The notes beneath the pieces were generated by a model. It was given only the letters and a program-made list of their open reading frames with translations. It had not been told where the DNA came from and searched no databases. 64,000 nucleotides of DNA from Chitinophagales bacterium (lineage in GTDB: Bacteria; Bacteroidota; Bacteroidia; Chitinophagales; LD1): positions 26,521 to 90,520 of the forward strand of contig JBGAVP010000011.1 in NCBI GenBank assembly GCA_044228065.1, given 5' to 3'. This document shows positions 49,908 through 58,423 of the stretch, in pieces. Every line of letters begins with the position of its first letter. The stretch's first letter is position 1. A program made the translations under genes and the position numbers.

Positions 49908-49917
49908 TTTTTATAAA

Positions 49918-52900
49918 ATGCCCGAATTTGTACACCTTCATAGTCATACCCAATACTCGCTTTTAGATGGAGCAGCCAGCATTTCATCTATGTATAAAAA
50001 AGCAGTAGCAGATGGAATGAAAGGCTTAACTATTTCAGATCACGGAAATATGTTTGGGGTTTTTAAATTCGTTTCAGAAGCCTCCAAACACAATACAGCT
50101 GACAATCCCAATAAGATAAAACCAATTGTAGCCTGTGAATTTTATGTTGTTGAAAATAGGCACAAGCGCACTTTTAGTGGAGGTGAAAAAGACAAACGCT
50201 ATCATCAATTATTGATTGCAAAAAATGCCACAGGCTATAAAAACTTGGTAAAACTTTGTTCGTTGGGTTATATGGAAGGCTTATATGGAAAGTATCCAAG
50301 AATAGACAAAGAATTAATTCTTCAATACCATGAAGGCTTGGTAGCCACCTCTTGTTGCATAGGAGCTGAAGTACCCCAAGTCATTCTTAGAAAAGGAGAA
50401 GAGGCAGGAGAAGAAACTTTTAAATGGTGGTTCGATTTATTTGGCGAAGACTATTATATAGAATTACAACGGCATCAAATGCCTGAGCAAGATAAAGTAA
50501 ATGAAGTACTACTAAAATTTGCAAAAAAGTATAATGTTAAAACCATTGCTACCAACGATTCGCACTATGTAGATCAAAAGGATTTTAATGCACATGATAT
50601 TTTGTTGTGTATTAACACTGGAGAAAAACAAAGCACTCCTACCAACAAAGAATTTAGCGATGATGACAGTAGCATGAAAGGAAAGCGATTTGCTTTTTTT
50701 AATGACCAGTTTTATTTCAAAAATACCGCTGAAATGAACGAGCTTTTTAAAGACGTTCCCGAAGCGATTGACAATACAAACGACATCTTTCATAAGGTCG
50801 AGAAGTTAGACTTAAAGAAAGACATCATGCTTCCACATTTTAAACTGCCACTTACTTTTACTTCACAAGATGATTTTTTGTACCACCTTACCTATGAAGG
50901 GGCACATAAAAGATACATAGATGTTACTCCAGAAGTAAAAGAGCGACTCGATTTTGAGTTGGGTGTAATTCGAAAAATGGGTTTTGCAGGCTACTTTTTA
51001 ATTGTGGCAGATTTCATAAATCATGGAAAAGATATAGGTGTATTTGTGGGGCCAGGACGTGGCTCTGCTGCTGGTTCTGCGGTGGCATATTGTATTGGCA
51101 TTACCAATATTGACCCTATCAAATACGATTTGCTTTTTGAAAGATTTTTAAATCCCGATAGAAAGTCAATGCCCGATATAGATACCGATTTTGATGATGA
51201 AGGAAGGCAAAAAGTGATTGATTATGTAGTAGAAAAATACGGTAAAAACCAAGTAGCACAAATTGTTACGTATGGCACTATGGCTGCAAAGTCTAGTATA
51301 AAAGACGTAGCGCGTGTAATGGATTTGCCGCTTACAGAATCTAATATGTTGGCCAAGCTTGTTCCTGATAAGCCTGGTACAGAATTAAATCGAGTGATGT
51401 TTGCCCCCTTTGATGGACCAAAATCTCTAAAGGAAAAAGAAGCCTATCAAGCAGAAGATATTGAGAACATAAAGAAGTTGCGAGAGATTTACAAAGGAGA
51501 TGATTTGCAAGCAAGGGTGTTGAAGGAAGCTGTAACGCTTGAGGGCTCTGTACGTGGCACAGGCATTCATGCAGCAGGAATTATTATTGCTCCCGATGAT
51601 TTGACTACCATTTTACCAGTCTATACTTCTAAAGAAACACAACTCCTCATAACTCAATACGAAGGATCTGTGATAGAAGATGCAGGAGTTATTAAAATGG
51701 ACTTTTTAGGTCTTAAAACCCTTACTATCATTAGAGATGCGCTTCAATTGATTAAAGAAAATCACGGGGTAGAAATTGATATTGATACTATTCCTTTAAA
51801 TGATGAAAAGACTTTTGAACTCTACCAACGTGCTGAAACCAATGGTACATTTCAGTTTGAGTCTGCTGGAATGCAAAAGCATTTGAAGGATTTAAAACCC
51901 GATAAGTTTGAAGACCTCATAGCAATGAATGCCTTGTACAGACCAGGTCCTATTGAGTACATACCTGACTTTATTAAAAGAAAACATGGAGTTCAGAAGA
52001 TAGAATACGATTTACCAGAAATGGAAGAGTATCTAAAGGATACTTATGGAATCACGGTTTATCAAGAACAGGTGATGCTTCTTTCTCAAAAGTTGGCAGG
52101 CTTTGGAAAAGGCGATGCTGATGTCCTTCGGAAAGCAATGGGTAAAAAGCAGATAGAAGTGCTGAATAAGATGAAAGAAAAATTCATCAAAGGTGCTACC
52201 GAAAAGGGTTTAGACAAAACAAAACTCGAAAAAGTATGGAAAGATTGGGAAGCATTTGCACAGTATGCCTTTAATAAATCACACTCCACCTGCTATGCAC
52301 TAGTGGCTTATCAAACAGCCTATCTAAAAGCACACTACACGCCAGAGTACATGGCAGCAGTGCTTTCCAACAATCAGGGGAATATTGAAAAGATTACTTT
52401 TTTTATGGAAGAATCTAGAAATATTGGAATTCCCGTACTAGGTCCTGATGTAAATGAGAGTGATATCAAGTTTGCTGTAAATAAGAATGGCGAAATTCGT
52501 TTTGCACTTTCTGCCATTAAAGGTGTAGGAGAAGCAGCTGTAGAATCTTTAATAGAAGAGCGAAAGAAAAACGGTCCATACAAATCTATTTTTGATTTAA
52601 CAAAACGTTGTAATTTAAGAAGTGTCAATAAAAAATCAATTGAAAGTTTGGCTTTGGCAGGAGCTTTTGATGGATTTGGAAAATATTCCAGAGCACAATA
52701 CGTAGAACCCGACCAACCGAATGGAGCTTCCTTAATAGAAAAAGCGATTCGCTATGGTAGTTCTGAACAAAACAATGAAGCCATGAATCAACAATCTCTT
52801 TTTGGTGGTAGTATTCATGTGGAAAGTAATGAGCCAGCCGTGGTACCTATAGAAGAGTGGCCACTTTTAGAAAAACTAAAACGAGAAAAAGAAGTGGTAG

Positions 52901-53502
52901 GAATTTACATTTCAGGGCACCCCTTAGATGATTATCGTTTAGAAATAAAAACTTTTACCAATTGTAGATTAGCAGATATTCCCGAAAGCAAAGATAAAGA
53001 ACTAAGAATAGCAGGCATTATAGGAAGCACCAACACTAGAATTTCTAAAACTGGAAATCAGTTTGTAGTTTTTCAATTGGAAGATTTTGATGGACAGTTT
53101 GAATTTGCACTTTTTGGAAAAGATTATGTTCAGTTCAAAAACTTTGCAGAAACATTGGGTGCTATGGTATACATCACAGGCAGATACCAAACTCGATATA
53201 ACCAACCCGATAATTTTGAATTTAAAATTTCAAAAATTGAGCTGCTTTCAGAAACCAGAAATACACTGACAAAAAAACTAACTATCCGAATAGATAGTTA
53301 TAATATTCAAGATAGAATTACAGATGACTTGACATCCCTTTTCGGTAAATATCCTGGTAAACTTCCCGTGGTTTTAAAAATTGTAGATGAGCAGGAGGAA
53401 ATTGTATTAAGCCTCAACTCAAGGAAATTTTTAGTAGATATTTCCAATGAATTTTTAAAAGAACTAAAAAGTATGGAAGAGTTGAGTTTTAGCCTTAATT
53501 AG
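49918..53502 (+). CDS. dnaE: DNA polymerase III alpha subunit
   Basis: PHP domain FVHLHSHTQYSLLDGA, polymerase core GPGRGSAAGSAVAYCIGIT and PDIDTDF, plus a C-terminal OB-fold region. 1194 aa. Confidence 0.95.
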   Translation: MPEFVHLHSHTQYSLLDGAASISSMYKKAVADGMKGLTISDHGNMFGVFKFVSEASKHNTADNPNKIKPIVACEFYVVENRHKRTFSGGEKDKRYHQLLIAKNATGYKNLVKLCSLGYMEGLYGKYPRIDKELILQYHEGLVATSCCIGAEVPQVILRKGEEAGEETFKWWFDLFGEDYYIELQRHQMPEQDKVNEVLLKFAKKYNVKTIATNDSHYVDQKDFNAHDILLCINTGEKQSTPTNKEFSDDDSSMKGKRFAFFNDQFYFKNTAEMNELFKDVPEAIDNTNDIFHKVEKLDLKKDIMLPHFKLPLTFTSQDDFLYHLTYEGAHKRYIDVTPEVKERLDFELGVIRKMGFAGYFLIVADFINHGKDIGVFVGPGRGSAAGSAVAYCIGITNIDPIKYDLLFERFLNPDRKSMPDIDTDFDDEGRQKVIDYVVEKYGKNQVAQIVTYGTMAAKSSIKDVARVMDLPLTESNMLAKLVPDKPGTELNRVMFAPFDGPKSLKEKEAYQAEDIENIKKLREIYKGDDLQARVLKEAVTLEGSVRGTGIHAAGIIIAPDDLTTILPVYTSKETQLLITQYEGSVIEDAGVIKMDFLGLKTLTIIRDALQLIKENHGVEIDIDTIPLNDEKTFELYQRAETNGTFQFESAGMQKHLKDLKPDKFEDLIAMNALYRPGPIEYIPDFIKRKHGVQKIEYDLPEMEEYLKDTYGITVYQEQVMLLSQKLAGFGKGDADVLRKAMGKKQIEVLNKMKEKFIKGATEKGLDKTKLEKVWKDWEAFAQYAFNKSHSTCYALVAYQTAYLKAHYTPEYMAAVLSNNQGNIEKITFFMEESRNIGIPVLGPDVNESDIKFAVNKNGEIRFALSAIKGVGEAAVESLIEERKKNGPYKSIFDLTKRCNLRSVNKKSIESLALAGAFDGFGKYSRAQYVEPDQPNGASLIEKAIRYGSSEQNNEAMNQQSLFGGSIHVESNEPAVVPIEEWPLLEKLKREKEVVGIYISGHPLDDYRLEIKTFTNCRLADIPESKDKELRIAGIIGSTNTRISKTGNQFVVFQLEDFDGQFEFALFGKDYVQFKNFAETLGAMVYITGRYQTRYNQPDNFEFKISKIELLSETRNTLTKKLTIRIDSYNIQDRITDDLTSLFGKYPGKLPVVLKIVDEQEEIVLSLNSRKFLVDISNEFLKELKSMEELSFSLN

Positions 53503-53533
53503 TTAAAAAGAATTAGCTTTCGGAAAATTCCAA

Positions 53534-53932
53534 ATGAAAAAATATACCCTTGTTTTAGCGCTATTTATTTTGGCAGTCAAATCACAAGCTCAAACGACTT
53601 TAAGTTTTTGCACTACTGTACAAGACAACAATTGTATATTTAACAATACAAAATTTATTACTTCCCCAGATAGTGTTACTGCTAAAATTTACATGTTTAT
53701 AAAAAATGACCGAGGATTTGGTACCACAAAAGTTTCCTACGAATTATTCAGCCTTGATAAAGAAGGGACTGAAAAAAGACTCAATTCTATTGAACAAAAG
53801 GTGGAAGAATCTTGGATCTATGCTTGGCAACCTTCCCTGTTAAATTCTCCGGGTAAATACCGAGTAAAGGTTTACAATGCCAACCAAGAATTAATTTGTA
53901 ACAAGAGTTTCGAGTTTTTTAATGTTTGGTAA
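53534..53932 (+). CDS. hypothetical secreted protein
   Basis: Signal peptide MKKYTLVLALFILAVKSQA. 132 aa, beta-rich. Confidence 0.6.
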   Translation: MKKYTLVLALFILAVKSQAQTTLSFCTTVQDNNCIFNNTKFITSPDSVTAKIYMFIKNDRGFGTTKVSYELFSLDKEGTEKRLNSIEQKVEESWIYAWQPSLLNSPGKYRVKVYNANQELICNKSFEFFNVW

Positions 53933-53988
53933 AAATTACCAACAGGCTCTTAGTTTAAAACTTAGCTTTTTTTATTTCTACTATCTTT

Positions 53989-54017
53989 TTGAAAATCCAA
54001 CTCTATGGTTATATTTG
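53989..54017 (+). promoter_or_regulatory. candidate promoter of tRNA-Trp / secE-nusG-rplKAJ cluster
   Basis: TTG 53989-53991, an 18-nt spacer, then TATATTTG 54010-54017, about 50 nt upstream of tRNA-Trp. Confidence 0.5.
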
Positions 54018-54068
54018 CGTCCCGTTTAAAAGCGGGGGAATATTGTTTTGCCTTTACGTAAATAATTT

Positions 54069-54139
54069 ACGGGCGTAGTTCAAGGGTAGAATAGAGGTCT
54101 CCAAAACCTTTGATCTGGGTTCGAATCCTAGCGCCCGTG
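54069..54139 (+). tRNA. tRNA-Trp (anticodon CCA)
   Basis: Manual cloverleaf: acceptor acgggcg/cgcccgt, D-stem gttc/gaat, anticodon stem gaggt/acctt with loop ctCCAaa, T-arm ctggg-ttcgaat-cctag, discriminator G. Sits in the classical position before secE. Confidence 0.88.
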
Positions 54140-54235
54140 CAGTGTTGAGTGGATAGTAAATGAAGAGGGAAGTGAGTGAAAATGAAAGAGAAGTGGGTAG
54201 TGAAGGTTTTGAAATAAATAAAATAAATCCAGAAA

Positions 54236-54433
54236 ATGGACAAGATTAAATTATACGTAGAAGAAGCTTATGACGAATTGGTGCATAAGGTTAGCTGGTC
54301 TACATGGGCAGAACTTCAACAAAGTGCAATGGTTGTTTTGGTAGCTGCCATTATAATAGCGGCCATAGTTGTGGCTATGGATTTAGCTTCTAAAGCAGCT
54401 ATTCAAGATGGTATTTATAAATTGATGAGATAA
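54236..54433 (+). CDS. secE: preprotein translocase subunit SecE
   Basis: 65 aa with a single C-terminal TM helix (MVVLVAAIIIAAIVVAMD) and KVSWSTWAEL. Lies between tRNA-Trp and nusG. Confidence 0.85.
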   Translation: MDKIKLYVEEAYDELVHKVSWSTWAELQQSAMVVLVAAIIIAAIVVAMDLASKAAIQDGIYKLMR

Positions 54434-54442
54434 TCAACAAAA

Positions 54443-54991
54443 ATGGCAGACGAAAAAAAATGGTATGTAATGCGTGTGATTTCTGGTCAAGAACGCAAAA
54501 TTCGTGAGCACCTTTTGCTTGAGGTAAATCGTAATGGTTTAGACACTGTTATTTCTACCATACTAGTTCCTACCGAAAAAGTATATACCATTAAGAATGG
54601 TAAAAAAACGATTAAAGAGAAAAACTTGTTTCCAGGTTATCTATATTTAGAGGCTTTGGAAAAGAAAATGAGTGGTGAAGTAATTCAGATTTTACGTCAG
54701 GTTAATGGCAACTTAGGTTTCCTGGGCGGAAAACATCCTGAACCATTGCGTGCGGCAGAAGTTCATAAGCTTTTAGGAAAAGCAGATGAAATGATGGATG
54801 CAGGAGAAACTATGGCAGAACCATTTATCTTAAATGAGGAAGTGAAAATAATTGACGGACCATTCAACGATTTCTTAGGGACAATAGAAGAAATCAACAG
54901 CGAGAAGAAAAAATTAAAAGTTACGGTTAAAATTTTCGGTAGAAAAACTCCAGTGGAGGTAACTTTTGTACAAGTAGAAAAAATAGCTTAA
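54443..54991 (+). CDS. nusG: transcription termination/antitermination factor NusG
   Basis: KKWYVMRVISGQERKI (NGN domain), FPGYLYLE, and a KOW motif (VKIIDGPFNDFLGTIEEI). Confidence 0.93.
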   Translation: MADEKKWYVMRVISGQERKIREHLLLEVNRNGLDTVISTILVPTEKVYTIKNGKKTIKEKNLFPGYLYLEALEKKMSGEVIQILRQVNGNLGFLGGKHPEPLRAAEVHKLLGKADEMMDAGETMAEPFILNEEVKIIDGPFNDFLGTIEEINSEKKKLKVTVKIFGRKTPVEVTFVQVEKIA

Positions 54992-55120
54992 ACTAGAACT
55001 TAAAAATTAAAAACATAGATTATTAAAGATAAAGGTTTTATAAAGCATATTGCTTCCAATATTCTAAACAAAATCAAGTACAAATAATCCTTTTCAAAAC
55101 AAAAAATTAACTCAAATAAA

Positions 55121-55564
55121 ATGGCAAAAGAAATAGGAACATACGTAAAATTGCAAGTAAAAGGTGGTCAAGCAAACCCAGCTCCTCCAGTAGGTCCTGC
55201 ACTTGGTTCTAAAGGTGTAAACATTATGGAGTTCTGCAAGCAGTTTAACGCTCGTACACAAGATAAACAAGGAAAGGTATTGCCTGTAGTTATTACAGTA
55301 TATACTGATAAGTCTTTTGACTTTATCATTAAAACTCCTCCAGCGCACAATTTGTTGATGGAATTAACCAAGAAAACGGCTGGCTCTGCTGAACCAAACC
55401 GTAAGAAAATAGGCTCTGTAAGCTGGGATATCGTTCGTAAAATAGCAGAAGAAAAAATGACTGACTTAAATGCTTTTACGATTGAATCGGCTATGAGCAT
55501 GGTGGCGGGCTCTGCAAAGAGTGCTGGTTTTACTATGGATGGACCAGCACCTTGGGAGAAATAA
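55121..55564 (+). CDS. rplK: 50S ribosomal protein L11
   Basis: [34 protein letters not shown]. Confidence 0.95.
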   Translation: MAKEIGTYVKLQVKGGQANPAPPVGPALGSKGVNIMEFCKQFNARTQDKQGKVLPVVITVYTDKSFDFIIKTPPAHNLLMELTKKTAGSAEPNRKKIGSVSWDIVRKIAEEKMTDLNAFTIESAMSMVAGSAKSAGFTMDGPAPWEK

Positions 55565-55590
55565 TTTAATTTTTAAAGATTTTTTATAAC

Positions 55591-55621
55591 GTGGGAGAAC
55601 CTTGTATGTTCGCTTGACCAC
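55591..55621 (+). promoter_or_regulatory. candidate L1-binding autoregulatory hairpin (23S L1-stalk mimic) before rplA
   Basis: Outer stem gtgg (55591-55594) / ccac (55618-55621), an asymmetric internal loop (ga / gcttga), inner stem gaac/gttc, and loop cttgtat. It contains GGGAG...GACC, 15 nt before the rplA ATG. The match to the L1 site is from memory. Confidence 0.35.
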
Positions 55622-55635
55622 AAAAAACTAATACA

Positions 55636-56331
55636 ATGAAAGTAACAAAAAAGAGAAAAGCTATAGCTGGACTCGTAGACCCTAAAAAAGCATATGCTAT
55701 TGCTGAGGCATCTGCTCTGGTTAAGAAAGCGAATCTTACAAAGTTTGATGCTTCTGTAGATTTACACATTAAATTGGGTATAGACCCTAAAAAAGCTGAC
55801 CAGGCTATTCGTGGTACGGCTGCTCTTCCTCACGGAACTGGTAAAACCAAAAAAGTTTTAGTTCTAACTACTTCTGATAAAGAAGATGAAGCAAGAAAAG
55901 CGGGTGCTGATTACGTAGGTCTAGAAGAATATGTAGCAAAAGTAGAAGGTGGTTGGATGGATTTTGATGTAGTAATAGCTACACCAAACGTAATGGCAAA
56001 AATTGCTAAATTAGGTAAGGTTTTAGGACCAAGAAACTTAATGCCGAATCCAAAATCTGGAACAGTTTCAGTAGAAGTAGGTAAAGCAGTGGAAGAAGTT
56101 AAGAAAGGAAAAATTGCATTTAAAGTAGATAAATTCGGAATTGTACATGCATCTGTAGGAAGAGTTTCTTTCTCGGCTGAACAAATCAATGAGAATGCTT
56201 CTACCCTTTTGCAAGTAATCTCTAAAATGAAACCAGCATCTGCTAAAGGTGTTTATTTTCAAGGAATCTCTATGGCTTCCACAATGAGTCCTGGTATTGC
56301 AGTTGATTATAAAACCGTATCAGGATTATAA
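55636..56331 (+). CDS. rplA: 50S ribosomal protein L1
   Basis: [55 protein letters not shown]. Confidence 0.95.
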   Translation: MKVTKKRKAIAGLVDPKKAYAIAEASALVKKANLTKFDASVDLHIKLGIDPKKADQAIRGTAALPHGTGKTKKVLVLTTSDKEDEARKAGADYVGLEEYVAKVEGGWMDFDVVIATPNVMAKIAKLGKVLGPRNLMPNPKSGTVSVEVGKAVEEVKKGKIAFKVDKFGIVHASVGRVSFSAEQINENASTLLQVISKMKPASAKGVYFQGISMASTMSPGIAVDYKTVSGL

Positions 56332-56375
56332 TCTGAATGAGGAAAGTTTTTTAAAAACCTTTAAAAGAAACAAAA

Positions 56376-56900
56376 ATGGATAAGTCACAAAAAAATAATG
56401 AAATATTAGAATTAAAAGATAAATTTAGTAATGCTAATTTCTTCTACATCTGTGATTCTTCTACATTATCTGTAGAAAAAATCAATAACTTTAGAAGATT
56501 ATGTTTTTCTAAAGGAGTAGAATTTCGCGTAGCCAAAAACACTCTTATTCGTAAAGCATTAGAGCAAGTAGATGGTACAAGATACGAAACCCTCTATCCT
56601 ACTTTAAATGGTCCTACTGGGGTTATGTTTTCTACAGAAAGTTCTGTACCTGCTAAGATTTTAAAAGAATTCCGCACTAAAAATGAGAAACCGGTTTTAA
56701 AAGGCGCTTATATTGATCAAGATGTTTTCATAGGAGACAATCAGATTGATGTATTAGCTGCATTGAAATCTAAATCTGAATTGATTGCTGATGTAATTGC
56801 TTTGTTGCAATCTCCTGCAAAAAATGTTATCAGTGCTTTGCAAGGAAATGCTGGTCAAAAAGTGGCAGGTTTAGTAAAAGCTTTAGAAGACAGAGGATAA
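56376..56900 (+). CDS. rplJ: 50S ribosomal protein L10
   Basis: 174 aa, with LRRLCFSKGVEFRVAKNTLIRKAL and GPTGVMFS. Sits directly after rplA. Confidence 0.93.
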   Translation: MDKSQKNNEILELKDKFSNANFFYICDSSTLSVEKINNFRRLCFSKGVEFRVAKNTLIRKALEQVDGTRYETLYPTLNGPTGVMFSTESSVPAKILKEFRTKNEKPVLKGAYIDQDVFIGDNQIDVLAALKSKSELIADVIALLQSPAKNVISALQGNAGQKVAGLVKALEDRG

Positions 56901-56932
56901 TAAACTCTTCCTTCTTAAAATATCTTTACATA

Positions 56933-58423
56933 ATGAAATGTTTATTCCCTACTTTATTTGTTTTACTCTTTACACATACGGTTTATTCTCAAACTACTTC
57001 GAGTAATCTTTTTAAACCTGTAGCTATTAACTATGAAAATAAAACTGTTCTTCTACCTGAAGGTTTTCATTATAAAGTTCTCTTTAGTGAGGGAGATACC
57101 GTAATTACGAATTCAGGAATAAAAGCACCAGCAAAGGGAAGTCAAGATATGGTGGTGTACATTCCTATTGAAAACTCCAGTGCACATGGATATCTATATG
57201 TGAACCACGAAGAGCACAAACCCAATGCTCTGCTAGGTGATGGTGGCGGAGGAACTGTATTTGAGTTGAAAAAAGAAAAGAATGAATGGCAGGTAGTTGG
57301 CAATTTTAATGCTATAGATTTTTCCAAAGTGGGAGAGACTTTTCGAAACTGTGGAGGCACTTTAACTCCTAAGGGAACGATACTCACTACAGAGGAAGAA
57401 TTTCCTTTAAGTAATAAGGAAATACATACTCGATTTGGAATCACAGATACTAGTGATTTTCAAGAGAAAAAGAAATATTTGAATTACGGATGGATGATAG
57501 AAGTAGATCCAAAGACTCATCAAGCAGTTAAAAAACTAAAAAGCTTTGGACGCTACCGTCATGAAGATGCGCAATGTATGCCCGATGGAAAGACTATTTA
57601 CCTTACTTCTGACAACAAGCCTGCAATTCTTTTTAAATTTATTGCAAAAGAAAAAGGCAACTATGATACTGGCAAATTGTACGCATATCAGCAAAGCAAA
57701 GATGGCGAAAGTGGAAACTGGATGGAGTTACCCATGGAAGAAGATTCCCTCCTAAATATTATAGTTGTAGCAGTTCGTAAAAAGGCAACCATGCTTATAA
57801 GTAATGAATGGATAGAAGCTGTAGACAACAAATTATACATTACCGAATCAGGTACGGATGAATTTAACTTTGATGAAGAAATAGCTATGGGAGGCTTGCC
57901 TGCAAAGCATTTAAACGAATTGTGTAAAGATAAATCTTCTTCTAAAAATGATTATAAAGACCCTTTTGGAAGAATTCTAGAGTTGGATTTAACCACTAAT
58001 AAAATGAGGGTTTTATTGAATGGAGGTGTAAGTAGAAAAGATTCTCGATTTTGCTTTTCAAGTCCTGATGCCATGACTTCTGTTACCATTAAAGGCAAAA
58101 AATATTTGGTAATAAGTGAAGATACAAATGGAAATAAAAACGGAAGTGAAAGTGCAAATGTCTCAGCAAAAGGGGAAACCTATAATGAAGTTTACTTTCT
58201 AGATTTATCCATTAAAAATCCAACGCTAGAAGATTTGCAAAGATTCATGGTAGCTCCTGAGGGTTGTGAAACTACTGGTAATATGTTTACACCAGATGGG
58301 AAAACGTACTTTGTTTCAATCCAACATCCTTCTATCACCAATCCTCCTCCTGATTGCTATATCAGGTTTCTAGAAATCGATTTACAAAACACCAGCCTCT
58401 ACCCTACTTCTGATATCTTGTAA
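56933..58423 (+). CDS. PhoX/DUF839-like secreted beta-propeller protein (putative phosphatase family)
   Basis: Signal peptide, then NCGGTLTPKGTILTTEEE, GWMIEVDP, FGRYRHEDA, YLTSDN..ILFKF, and ETTGNMFTPDGKTYFVSIQHP. The last 42 nt overlap the convergent ABC ATPase gene. Confidence 0.8.
   Translation: MKCLFPTLFVLLFTHTVYSQTTSSNLFKPVAINYENKTVLLPEGFHYKVLFSEGDTVITNSGIKAPAKGSQDMVVYIPIENSSAHGYLYVNHEEHKPNALLGDGGGGTVFELKKEKNEWQVVGNFNAIDFSKVGETFRNCGGTLTPKGTILTTEEEFPLSNKEIHTRFGITDTSDFQEKKKYLNYGWMIEVDPKTHQAVKKLKSFGRYRHEDAQCMPDGKTIYLTSDNKPAILFKFIAKEKGNYDTGKLYAYQQSKDGESGNWMELPMEEDSLLNIIVVAVRKKATMLISNEWIEAVDNKLYITESGTDEFNFDEEIAMGGLPAKHLNELCKDKSSSKNDYKDPFGRILELDLTTNKMRVLLNGGVSRKDSRFCFSSPDAMTSVTIKGKKYLVISEDTNGNKNGSESANVSAKGETYNEVYFLDLSIKNPTLEDLQRFMVAPEGCETTGNMFTPDGKTYFVSIQHPSITNPPPDCYIRFLEIDLQNTSLYPTSDIL

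Noticed and set aside
55112-56262. Minus-strand ORFs antisense to rplK and rplA (55112-55348, 55168-55500, 55911-56189, 56068-56262)
   Set aside because: They lie opposite unmistakable ribosomal protein genes and carry no motifs. They are typical shadow ORFs.
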